From Perkinsus olseni (lineage: Eukaryota): a stretch of 37,225 bases of DNA. The stretch spans positions 1 to 37,225 of the forward strand of contig JABANN010000343.1 of assembly GCA_013115125.1 (NCBI GenBank), given 5' to 3'. A program made the translations under genes and the position numbers. Numbering within the stretch: position 1 is the first letter of the stretch; the number at the start of each line of letters is the position of its first letter. Of this stretch, positions 1 through 11,500 are shown piece by piece. The notes under the pieces are model-generated. The model did not search any database. It had not been told where the DNA came from and was given only the letters and a program-made list of their open reading frames with translations.

Positions 1-87
1 CCTCCGCGAGCAAATGATTCTCTTTCGTTGAAGGAGCTCGAGATCTTCAGGGTCGGCGTCGCGTCCGTTTTACGCTTGCTGAGACGG

Positions 88-169
88 GTCAGTTTGGCCG
101 AGTGGTCTAAGGCGCCAGACTCAAGTTCTGGTGGAGAGATCCTCGTGGGTTCGAATCCCACAGCTGACA
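88..169 (+). tRNA. tRNA-Leu(CAA)
   Basis: Acceptor stem GTCAGTT/AGCTGAC, D arm TGGCCGAGTGGTCTAAGGC, anticodon arm CCAGA-CTCAAGT-TCTGG, long variable arm, T arm GTGGG-TTCGAAT-CCCAC. Confidence 0.95.
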
Positions 170-221
170 AGTAATAGTCTGTACTTATATTTCTGTTCTC
201 CTTTTCTGGCGAAAGAATGAC

Positions 222-294
222 TAGCAGCTCCTTGTTTCGATCAAGGGACCTTTGGGTTATGAGCCCAACACGCTATCCACTGCGCCAAGCTGCT
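222..294 (-). tRNA. initiator tRNA-Met(CAT)
   Basis: Minus strand AGCAGCTTGGCGCAGTGGATAGCGTGTTGGGCTCATAACCCAAAGGTCCCTTGATCGAAACAAGGAGCTGCTA. It has the eukaryotic initiator hallmarks: A1-U72, three G-C pairs in the anticodon stem and an ATCGAAA T-loop. Confidence 0.95.
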
Positions 295-371
295 TTGACG
301 CTATAATATGCTTTTGGCACCCGTAAGGAGGTTGTTGCTAATAGTTCGAGTGTATGTCCAGCTGACGCCTA

Positions 372-443
372 TGCACCGTCCGGGAATTGAACCCGGACCA
401 TCTGCTTGGAAGGCAGATATCCTAACCATTAGACCAAGGGTGG
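372..443 (-). tRNA. tRNA-Gly(TCC) whose 5' acceptor strand is replaced by the transposon terminus (possibly non-functional)
   Basis: Positions 8-73 are intact (TGGTCTAATGGTTAGGATA TCTGC-CTTCCAA-GCAGA ... CCGGG-TTCAATT-CCCGG ACGGTGCA). Positions 1-7 read CCACCCT instead of the GCACCGT required by the 3' strand, and they are continuous with the repeat also seen at 4490. Confidence 0.85.
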
Positions 444-785
444 GGGGGAAAAATCGAGAAAAGAGAGGGGGAAAAGAAGAAAAGGAGGAAAAGGGGGGAA
501 AGGAGAAGGAAAAAAGAGGGGAAAAGGAGGAAGAAGAAAGGAGGGAAAGAGAAGAAAAGAGAGAAAGAGAGAGAAGAGAAGAAGAAAGAAAAAAGCCCAG
601 AAGAGACAATGCGCAATGGGTGTTTCAGTGACGTCAGCTCGGCGCGTCAACTTTCAGGAGACAACGTGCGCAGTTGCGTTCAGAGTAGTGATTGATCTCG
701 CGACCTCGGGTTACGCGCGAACTTGACAGCGGAATATCCGCAACTATCCTACACAATATAATCCGTACACAGTAACACGATTTAT
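437..785. repeat. Direct repeat copy 1 (GA-rich tract plus ~190 bp unique part); transposon 3' terminal region
   Basis: Aligns by eye with 4490-4845, from AGGGTGGGGG..AAAAATCGAGA through TTGCGTTCAGAGTAGTGATTGATCTCGCGACCTC to GTAACACGATTTAT. Confidence 0.9.
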
Positions 786-1004
786 TACGGAGTACAAATA
801 TGGCACTACTGTCACAAACACAACCGAATCCCAGAATACATTCAACATTATCCATGCACAGCATTTTCAATCAGTGACAGCCACAGATTGCATCGGGTTT
901 CATCTGCAATTACCTATGACGCAGAGCGATGGACAACCGCACGCGATTTGGACACGAGAGATACTACCCACCAGATGCATTCAACTCCATTCATCTGCCG
1001 CCCG

Positions 1005-4000
1005 CTATGAATGGCGCTTCAAAGCTGGGCTGCAGAACCTGAGGGATTCTCTACGCGACTGGACCGGCACTGAAATCGAACTACTTTCAGATCCCTTCTT
1101 TGAGTATCGAGCCCGCTTCACCTCATTTCTGCGGCTCTTCTTCTCAGTGGCCCGCCTCTTCTTCAGAGTGATCAATTCTTGACGCCTGTCGTCAGTGAGA
1201 TTTTCCGCCAACGGACAATAGCAATTGGTGGAAGTTCTCGTCGCAGAAGGTCTCATGAGGATGAAGGACACCACTTTTCCCTATGATGCGGCTCTTGAAC
1301 GGCAGTTGACATAAGCCGCAACGCCGCTTGCCAGTTGTCGAGTCTTCCACCTTGACGTGGCGAGCGGCATCTTCCGCCTTTTTCTTCATTTCGACGAGGC
1401 TCGGATCAACCGGGGGCCTTGGATCCATAGGACAGCGACCAAACTTACTGCCATCGCTTTCGTGATCGTTGAAGCTTCGGTCGACCGTCAACGGCTTCGA
1501 ACAGAACTTGCAAATCCCCTTCACGGCTTTCACAGGGGGAATCGCAGGCTCCGGCCGCACACTAGAGGTTGACGGGACAATATCCTTGGCCGCCTCAGAT
1601 CTCTTTCTGAGCTCGCTGCAGAGGTCATCGCCAGTGACTGGCCTCGGCCCAGGTCCCAGAGGTAGACCTTCGGATCGAACCCGCGCTTGAGGCACCTCAT
1701 CAAACTGTGGAGCGGCTCCAGGTGTCAGGCTTGCATCCAGCTCCGCTATTGCTTCTGCCCCGCGCACAGTAGGGGGTACGAATGTGGCTCTACACGAGTT
1801 GAGTTGCTTCAGGAAGGTCTTTATGCAATCCAGAGACACAGGGTGATAGGGTAGAGGCTTTCTCCCCGTGAGCAGGGCGTCGTCGACCTCATCGAGAGTT
1901 TTGCGCAGATAGGTTCGATAGACGAACGTTGCACACCCACTACCACTCGGAGCTTCGCTGATTATGGCTCTTACGGTCCCTCGAACAAACTCCGACCATT
2001 TGCCCAATTTCACCGTGTGAGTGGTAGTATGCAAGCCTTTCAAGCGACAAAACTTGCGCTTGGGCTTACCTGCCTGCATCGCTGACCGGAAGGCAGCCTC
2101 CGTTCCCTCTACAGAGGGTAAATCCTCAGGGTCAGTCATTTCTACGTCTTCAAAATCGACTCCTTCCCCACCCGCGCTGCCTGCTGCTGCATCGAAGACG
2201 AGCTCCTCAGTTTCATCACGAGGCTCCTCGTCCCCGGACTCGTAGCCGTCAGGAATCTCACCCCTTTCCTCCAGCCACTCTTGGACGATCTCCTCGTAGC
2301 GTTGCGAGTTCAGCATAGTCAAGTACTCGTGTCCGAATGTTACACCCATCGAATTGAGTGTGATGTCCATCCCGTCGCACTGACTCAACTGTAACTGGGT
2401 AGCCTGATACTCGCTGGCGGATAGGGGGATGGGGATTTTGCTCAGTTGGCTGTCCGGATCAAGACGACTAAAGAGCCGGCGGTTCGCGAACACTGCCCTC
2501 CATAGTATCTTACAGTCGTAGACCGGACCCCCAGCTCGACTCACATGGCTGAGGTCGCGACGTAGGCAAGCATGCCGCGACTCATTGCGCGACGTGCCTC
2601 GGGTATGGCAGAGATTGCCGTGGGAGTCGGCCATGACCGGAGCGATGATCGTGCTATCAGAAGAACACGAGTTTCGAATATGCTTCTGGAGAGACTGATA
2701 CTGGCCCCAGAAGTTCGATGAGGCCCTGAATAGCGGAGCACCAACAGTTCCCATGAACGGTGCACCACTGGACGGATCTGCTTGGGACGCATCCGCCGCC
2801 GAGCGTCCCTCCTCGTCGAGCTCCTAGAAACATTTCACGACGGCGGCTACCCGCCGGGAGAGCTCCTCAGCTCCTGGAACCCGCCGCCTTACGTTCTGGC
2901 GGATTTCCGTCTTGGACGGAGCGCCTACAAGGCCAGCCGCCGCTCGCTTGGCCCTCAACTGAGCCATGTCCTCGGCAGAATCTTGGTAAAAAGCTCTGCT
3001 CAACTGGACTGCGAACATGGTGTGGCGAACATGATTCGGGTCCGTCGCTCTCAAAAGGCGAAAAATGCCATGCAGAGGATCTACTTTGAGCTCCAGCGAC
3101 GTGACCTGGAGAGCCTCAATGAGCTGTCCGTGAGCGCGTGAAGACTCCTCATTACAGCACAGGTAGTCGGTGAAGATCACCAAGTGGTCCGGTACATGCC
3201 CTCGGAGCTCACGTAATGCGGGTAGAAGACCAGCCAGAGAGACGTCCGGAACTGCCACGGTGTTCAGGATGACTCCAGCATCGCCGATCACTACGGCTAC
3301 GTATCCTTGTTTATTCGAGGTCAGACGCTTCGCCGTAGATCTCGTAAAATCCAACGAGATCGACTGAACCACGGTATACGAAGCCAGCTCTCGGCAAAGG
3401 ACTGATCTATGCCTTGAGAGGTCGCGTATAACAGCAGTACGGGGCATGGAGTGACTGACGTGAACTGATGGCGAGGGAACTGCCTCAGTAGGAGTCATGT
3501 CCCAAATAGATCGTGCCTCCTTTGACAGTTGGTGGAGGAGGGATCCTGGCCGGCACTTGTCCCTTACGACACAGAAGAGCGCCCGCCGTCTCTGCAAGGC
3601 CTCCTGCTCTTCCCCTGCCAGGTTTTCAAGTTCTCGACCGATATGCGATCCGTTGCGCAGCCTCCTTATCACTGTCATACTGACCGCAATCTGTTTGCCC
3701 ACGATCATACAACTCTCCAGAGACTGCCTCACTGACGACGGCAGGCTATCGATAAAACGATAATCTAGGGCCGAGAAGCAGCTTTTGCACTCCGGGTTGC
3801 GACACGACCTCCTGGTCGACACCAAACGGGCGGGCCACCCATTCAATCCTACCACATGCTTCACAGGAAGCGATTCCTCGACCGAACTTATTGCAATGCT
3901 CTTACAGGAAGGGCAGGACCCCCCGAAGGGGTGCCACACGTATAGAGACGAGCCTCGAAGCCGAGGCAGGACGTTCTCTGTTGGGCAGGTCGTGATGCTC

Positions 4001-4481
4001 TCCAGAGGCGGTAGGCAGCACTGGTATAGCCCTGGAACGCTGTTGTCCCCTTCTCGGAGCTCTTTTCCAAGAAGGCGTTCCAAATCGGAAAGGGTCTTCG
4101 GAGTGCATCGAAAGTCGCGATATGAAGAACTAGGCGCCTCATTCTCCGGATTCGTCCTCCCTCCGCTACTAGAACTCGCCTCACAAGCCGTTCCACTGGG
4201 TGCAGTAGTAGGTTGCTGCGACGCAGTAGCCGATTTGGCCGCAGAACTGGGTGGGTTGGTAGGGCCCTCAGCAGCCTTATTTCCGAACCACTTCAGTCCT
4301 TTCTGACGAGATTCCTGCTCGCGTGAGCGGATTATTTCATCTCTGATCTTTTTCACAGTAGCTTCGGGTAAACGACCTAGCGGAGGTTATCGATCCCGCG
4401 ACTCCCAAACACCCCTGTATCACCTGATCTTCCACTGCTTGAGTACGGATCGGCGCGCCGTGGATAAGCCAAACTGACCAT
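1005..4481 (-). pseudogene. Dada-like DDE transposase (~1080 codons) with an in-frame TAG at 2826-2824 and a likely frameshift near 1235
   Basis: ORFs 2824..4356 and 1192..2754 are in the same frame, separated by one TAG plus 23 sense codons. Candidate exon 1 is 4481-4424 (ATG GTC AGT...), followed by a 47-nt GT-AG intron 4423-4377 that joins in frame. C-terminal CxxC..H..CP fingers; the second finger's 'CYCP' lies in the shifted frame 1005..1274. Confidence 0.75.
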
Positions 4482-4489
4482 CTGACCAC

Positions 4490-4845
4490 AGGGTGGGGGA
4501 AAAATCGAGAAAAAAAGAGAGGTGGGAAAGAAGAAAAAGACGAAAAGAGGGGAAAGGAGAAGGGAAAAAACAGGAAAAGGAGGAAGAAAGGAAGGAAGGA
4601 AGAAAGGAGGGAAAGAGAAGAAAAGAGAGAAAAAAGAAGAAGAAAGAAAAAAGCCAAGAAGAGACCATGCGCTGGGGTGTTTCAGCTCGACGCGTCAACT
4701 TTCAGAAGACACCGTGCGCGATTGCGTTCAGAGTAGTGATTGATCTCGCGACCTCAAGCTACGCGCTGGAACTTGACAACGCAATTTCCGCAACTATCCT
4801 ACCCTCAGTCGAGCACCTAGAATCCGTACGCGTAACACGATTTAT
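4490..4845. repeat. Direct repeat copy 2 (diverged): either the 3' end of a second tandem Dada copy or a 5' terminal repeat
   Basis: Same orientation and colinear with 437-785, with many substitutions and indels. Similarity stops at ~4845. Confidence 0.9.
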
Positions 4846-5543
4846 AACTGTGAATTGATGCTCGACTGCTCAACAGGAGTACTCATGTAGGAAAGCGGGG
4901 TACTGAGACCGTAACCGGAAAGACGCTCTTTCCATCGGTGAGCTGCAATAAATCGGAAGATTAATAGTTGAAGTACTTACCCAATAAAAATTTGGATTTC
5001 CCCCCCCCCCGGATTTTAAGCCGTGTATTCCTAAATTATTCGGCACATATTTCGAGGGACCCTCCGAGATCTCGGCACCCACTGAGAGTTGTGGTCTGAA
5101 ACTTTGGCATTATACTCGGTAGGGTACTAGAAGGTATCTCTATACAATTCGTTTCGCAACTCGTACCAGTTGGAGCTTGCGGCGAGAAAAACACGATACT
5201 CCAAATTCATTTGGAGGATTGTAGAGGATTGATTCTTTCCTTTGTAAGATTTCCGAAAGGAATGAAGGGAAAAGATTGAGAAAATCGAGGGAAATTGGAA
5301 AAAATAAGGAAATAATCTGCGGAAATAGCACTATACACAGGTTGAAGGACAAGATAAAAGTACTGCTAAAGCGAGTCCTTAACCTTCACCACATTGCCCC
5401 TCGCTAAGATGAACCTATATAAAGTTCATGGCGAACAATCCAGGCAGGAATCATGACTTGACCATAACTCAACTCAATGCCTCCTTCGACACTGAGCAAC
5501 ACTTGCGGGTATGCGCTTCAGTGGTTATTCTCCGAATTGTAGT

Positions 5544-8500
5544 CTACCTAGTCATTGTTTGCTTCTTGAGGAGGGACGAGGTCTTCCAAGCCCCAATATA
5601 CAATGCGATCTTGCCAACGGCGTGAACGCTTCGATTCATCTTCCTATCCGGCTCGGCTTCAACCGATTCAACCGAGTTGGTTGCCGCTGATACACTCACC
5701 TCCAGCTTTTTTATCCATCCGAGCGCTCCCATTGCAAGCCTTGAGGCCTTTGAATGCGCGTCGTCTAGAGCCTCCTTGCGGTTCTTAAGAACCATTTTGT
5801 GCGCTGCAGTGCGATATCTGCGCAGAAAACCATTCTGTTCAGGACCCTTGGTTACCGTCCTATACCCTACGAGTGAACCGCTCGCTGGTCGACGGTTTCG
5901 AGAGTAGGCAAAGAGAAATCGTCTCCCGTCGAACCTTCAATACCTGTCATTCACGGAACATTGTATTCCATTATGGAATTCTCATGGCTGAACAGATATG
6001 CGGAGTATAGACTACCATCCGTCCCATCACCCTCCGTGTAACACCACCGATCTATTTCGGGCATCATCTGTGTCATGTCGACTCCTTCCCACACTCTCAA
6101 GGGTAGCGACCTAACGAACAAGCTCATTCCAAAACCAGCTCGATTCGGTGATACACGATGCTGTTACTCTCCAGACTGATCGATTGGGTCGACTTCTCCA
6201 GAGCTATGTCGACGCAGGAGTCTCTTCAGGGACATGCGCTTTGGCATCTCTCCAGTGAAGCCTGAACTTACGAACTGAAGACGTCGAGTCAGACAACGTC
6301 CCGGGTGCGCCGCACCCCTGAAGCTTGAAGGCATACCATCGGCATCATGTCCATCCGGGATTCGTTCAGCTCACCCGAAATGATCTCGAAGAGTTCTCCC
6401 CATGGCACCATGTCCAGGTATTTAATCACGCAATCAAAAGTTGAGTCGAGAATCTCGCAAGTGGCAACGCCTCTCTCAACCAGCACTTGAAACAATCGGA
6501 CTCGCGCAGCATACAATGCCTGTAAAATTGGATACGTAAAGCGCAATCGGCGTCCGCGAGGAATGTGCCACACACGTGAAAGCCTTTTAGAATGTTTACT
6601 ACGGACTTCGTCTTATGTTCGACAGTTCTGTAGTACACATAAGACGAAGTCTGTGGTGCACTTCTCTAGTTCTGTAGTACACATAAGACGAAGTCTNNNN
6701 NNNNNNNNNNNNNNNNNNNNNNNNNNNNNNNNNNNNNNNNNNNNNNNNNNNNNNNNNNNNNNNNNNNNNNNNNNNNNNNNNNNNNNNNNNNNNNNCATAA
6801 GACGAAGTCTGTGGTGCACTTCTCTAGTTCTGTAGTACACATAAGACGAAGTCTGTGGTGCACTTCTCTGTAGTGTCTTCGCAAGTATTCTCCAAAAGGC
6901 CCACCGAGTCACTCTCAAATCAACCACAGAATCATATCGAGCTCTACGCGCCTTAGAAAAGCTTTTCTCTAGGCAGCTTCACGTCGTGACTTGAGCGGTC
7001 ACAGCTGGTCACTCACACACCTTACCTTCGCGCAGTGTGTATGACGGACCTCTTCGCGCTTCTTGAGTGCCGCGAGCTGGAGCTCCGACTCCACATCTGG
7101 ACGGTCGACCCGGCTTATGCTCTCCAGTGTCTCAAAGTGCGCATCGTACCTAAGATGAAGGCAAAAAGATCGACTGCTCGCACTTCTCAAATCATGAAGA
7201 AGCCAAGTACTCTAGGCCCAGGATCCAGCCATGAGGCTCTCCCAGGGGGAGTGCCAGTAGGACCGAACAGAATATTACGCACATGGAATAACCCGATGGT
7301 AACCAAGACCGGCTAGTGGAAGAGGAGCATATTCTCTCTTAATAGGATAAATATACTCGGGCTGATAAACCACGGACACTTAGCTCCGTTGAAGAATAGA
7401 AAGTCACATTAAAAAAGGACACCTTTCTCAAAGGGAACAATAACTTTTGGCGAAAGTTCCGCCACGTTTCGCCGCGAAACGTACTTCTTGCTCGATGCAT
7501 CGCACGCCGACGAACATCGGTCAAGACTTGTCTGTATTTCTGCTTCGTATCGCGTCACAGCCTCCTTCACTCTGAAGCGGAAGTTACATTGATGACTCTG
7601 GCAAGAATGAGAGCCCCCACATCTCGTTGAAGATGACTTGACTGGCCTTAGGAATGATGCTGTCTCTCAGTCTCGAACAAATACCCTTCAACTTCCCAAG
7701 GCTCTCTGAGCGAAGTTTTCCACCAGAATCGAGTACCTTAGAAACAAACAGCAGCAATGACCGCACGCTCTGAAACGCGAGGCTTCGCACCCCACTCGAC
7801 CTACTGAGTCCGTGAAGGCCTGGAGATAGTGTGGGAGATTTCCTCCGATTTTCTGCTTAGCGGTGGCTACCTCATCTTCGATGGCCGTTTGATACCTGGT
7901 ATATAGTAAAAACCGCTGTTCGAGGTGAACAGAAAAGAAGCAGCGACACGCAGTAACAGCCCCTCCGCACGGCTTCAATGTGTCCGACTTCAGCGGACCC
8001 ATAACCGCAAGCAGCGAGTCTGATCGTATGGATGCCTCATCTACGTCATTAGCAGATTCAAATGTCCACGGGAGACGCTGCAGCACTCTACTCGAAGGGC
8101 ATGCTTTCGCATCATACCTGATTCTTCAATCGTTCCACACCTTCTGAGCCATATCGTTTCACCCACCTCTGTCTGTGTGCTGGCTTCACACCTTCTAGGT
8201 ATTGTATCAAAGTCACTACACAGGCTACCAGAATTGACTAAAAGGCAACCCAAAATAACGTATCATCGCAAGAGGATGTAGACGGCCGATAGACTCACCA
8301 GAGCTCCACGTATCTCCAGTTCCAGGCTCGGCGTCACTTTCACCAACACATGATCACGTGGACATCCGGCCGTCGGCCCCACCTGAAAATGCGACCTCGG
8401 CATAATCTATTAATCTCATATGGGAGCTCCACAGGGTCCGACTGACACCAAGCTTCCCGGCTAAGCAGACCTCTGCCTCCACGGCACTCCCTTGTTCATC

Positions 8501-11500
8501 ACAACGGCATGGTGGGATACTAGATAGGAGTCCCAGCATGGGACTCAGACTGGGTTACATATGGTCACTCAGTTACTATGATTGGTCACCTCACGGACCG
8601 TATGCGTCCGTTCAATAATACTAGTAGTATTATACTACGGCTAAGCTGGAATCAGTAATGATCTTCGTTAAGTAGTTCTCGAGATCAGCGATCTTCGATA
8701 ACGACTCGGTTATAGGGCTTGAGAGCTCCCGAACCTGAATAGGGGGATGCAGAGGACCTATAAGTAACATACATTCCACCACTTGATGTTTCAGTGGATT
8801 GGATGAGCGTAGAAGCTAGAGCGCTGGGAAACAGAACAGCATCAACTCTCACCCGTTCTTGTAGCTGCCTCCTAACAAGAACGTATTCCTTCCCGAGCCC
8901 ATGTGAAACACATACCTCCTCAAGGACCTAAACGAACGAACTTAATGCCCAACCACGGTGCTTCTGGCTGCACGAAGCTAATCGTGCAGCACATCTCGCC
9001 CCTGGTACGTTGCATTCTCTACCCTCTCGTCCACTTAGATTCTCGAGCCGTCGGTACGAAATTTTCGTAACGAGAAGTACCAAGCGCCATGACAGAGAAG
9101 TTTGGGGATGGTGAAGCGAGATGAAAACCCTCCGATTTCGGCTCAGATTTTTGTGCGATCAGCAGCATTGCAAGCCGTGAAGGTCCGCCAAAGTCCCGCT
9201 TTCTGATCTTCATGCCCGGCTTCTCACCTTCTTTCGTTCTACCTCGAACTCGTCCAGAGGCCGTTCGATCATGTCACTCATGGCCGCATCTATCTCGTTC
9301 ATTCTTACTTGCCTACAAATCACCGAGAAATCATCTCGACAAACTGCATCTTCTTACCTCTCCGCCGCCTTAGCTCGCAGTGACTCGTTGAGCTTACTAA
9401 CCTCCGCAGAATAGTATCTAAGCCCTCAGCTTCTGGGATGGAAGCATCGAAGAATGGAGTATTATACTCCAGCAGAGTGCAGAAGAGTCCATTCACAGTC
9501 TGCCTTTCCTCACTCTATTTCGGTCTTGCTATACCCTTCGAGTTTCTGCTGCTTCTGGATCCTGATCACATCATCGTTCGCGCTCACTAGCTGGGTTATC
9601 TGACGATCTACGGTCGCTCGGCTCTGAAGACGCGCTCACTGACCATTGAATCGCTCAGGCATGTCATTTCTCCCAAGGTCTCTCGATAGAGTCGTATCAA
9701 TTTATCACCTGCAATTCATCCGAACACTGAATCGACCTTACCGAGTAAATCGATTTTCCGACTTCTACTAAAGAAGGCCTCGAGCTTCGTCTCCTTCGCA
9801 CCGAGCGTGATACAGAGCCAACGCTACTGAGTCATTACTACACACTCATTACTCTGAGATTATCTACGCGTGGCCTGTGCGAACCCATCGGAGCGGCTCT
9901 CTCCCAGCCCGTACGGCTGGTTCATGTGAACACAGCCAGGGAAGATCTGATTATCTCAGGACTGACCACTTTCCCTGGAGCGCCTGGCCAGAGCCTTCAA
10001 TTCACTCAGAACATTCTCTGGAGTGCCGGTGCCAGTTTCCTCGCCGGGCTTCAATCGTGATAAATGGTGGGAAAGCTCATCGATGGTGGAACGGAATCTA
10101 AGGGCAGTTAGAAATTTTGCAACAAAATATTCAACCAAACCCAACCACGACCCGGCGAAGAATCACGCGAGGGACTCACCTTTGATCACCCTCGATCAAG
10201 CTGTCTACTAGTGTGTCGAATCTATCGTCCTGGTCGCGTGACTTCCTCGCTATGCCGATTATGTGACGCTCGAATTTGCTCTTATGTGACATGATCTGCT
10301 TCAACCTCGGCTCGTACCACTGAATGGATGAGCGATATCATCCTCGACCAATCGAACAATCCCCTCGCCGACAGAGTGTCTGCAAATTTCAATCTTCTCA
10401 ACATGCTCGAGTCTCCAAGCACGAAACTCCCCTTCACTGGAACTATTAATACGGGCCGGGAATGTCACCTCAGATCGGACCAAGCCTTTCCGCGTGGCAT
10501 GCTTTCGCAGTCGATCATCGAGCTCGCAACTGAGCTCCTCGTTACCCTGAACAAGCCAGTGGTGAGGACCATTTGCCTTGCGAAAGGCGGGTCCAAATTG
10601 TGTGCACCTTCCTCGCTGAGTTCTTGCTGTCGTCGAGGAGTACTTCCGTCTCCGTCTGCAAGAATTCTATCAATTTCACGCGGAGGGCATGAATGTAACC
10701 GCATAACCATTCCAGTTCGACGTGAACCTAAGGGAAGATAATCAACGTTAAAAATAAAAGCTCAAAAATACGTCCTTCACGCACTCGTCTCCATTTACGC
10801 GTACCGGCCAGGAATCTTCAACTCCAGCTGCGGCCTGAGGATTGCACTGAGTGGAGTACGTAATCGGTCCTACCTCAGTAATCTCGTTGCTGCCCTCATG
10901 AGCGTCTTCATCAGCTGGATCCTCCTCCTTCGGGTCCTCGGTTGGAGAGTCGTCCGTTGGTTCGCTAGCTCCCTCTTCGCTGGCTGAGACCGAGTAGCGA
11001 TCTCACATTGTAATCCACAGAACTCCCTACCATCGGTTTGTTCTCGGCAAATTTGCTTCTCAACAAAATGCAGCAGGTTGAGCAACTCGTACATCCCCGC
11101 TGCAGCCACGCCAGGCCAGAGTTCCGAGGGCTGCTCGGTTTCTATTGGGGAATCGAGAAAAAACATTACAACTGTCTTAAACAGCAGCTCTCACACTACA
11201 AGTACTCCGGCGACCTTGTACCCACCTATAGACTTACCCGTAGTTCCTTCCTCCTCCTTCGTTACATTAACTGTTTCGTCCTTGTTGCACTCCGGATCTT
11301 GCTCATCGCTGGAAGACGCCCTCGGTGGAACTGTCAATCGCTGAGAGAAATTTCACACAGGCATGCGTCTGGGTCTTATAAAGAGGGAGGGATGGACGAA
11401 ATCACGTTCGCGCTGGATACAGGCTATCGGTGCACGCCACGAAGGAGCTAGTAGCTCAGGGCTGCTACCCTTCAGCGAGCATGTTGAATATTACTGTAGC

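Larger units (their letters stand above)
437..4489 (-). mobile_element. Dada-like tRNA-targeting DNA transposon (tRNA-Gly insertion), probably defective copy
   Basis: Abuts the tRNA-Gly A-box. Encodes a large DDE-type protein with Dada/DUF6729-like motifs (WHP..CPSC, SLDFT, FTDYLCC, DPLH, RGTSRNESRH). No long TIRs seen. Dada families targeting tRNA genes are described from Perkinsus. Confidence 0.8.

Noticed and set aside
301-650. Overlapping K/E/R-rich and F/S/L-rich ORFs (also 4337-4858)
   Set aside because: They are translations of the GA/CT low-complexity tract and tRNA sequence, not genes.
437-4845. LTR retrotransposon interpretation
   Set aside because: No RT, RNase H, gag or protease motifs, and no TG..CA ends; the protein motifs fit a Dada-like DDE transposase.
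4850-5430. AT/purine-rich segment as the remainder of a second transposon copy
   Set aside because: No similarity to copy 1 past ~4845 and no recognisable terminus or tRNA remnant.
6624-6869. CRISPR-like array
   Set aside because: Units are head-to-tail with no unique spacers, the context is eukaryotic, and there are no cas genes.
8950-8962. GCACCGT on the minus strand as the displaced 5' end of tRNA-Gly
   Set aside because: Only a 7-nt match, 4 kb beyond the repeat and among host exons; expected by chance.
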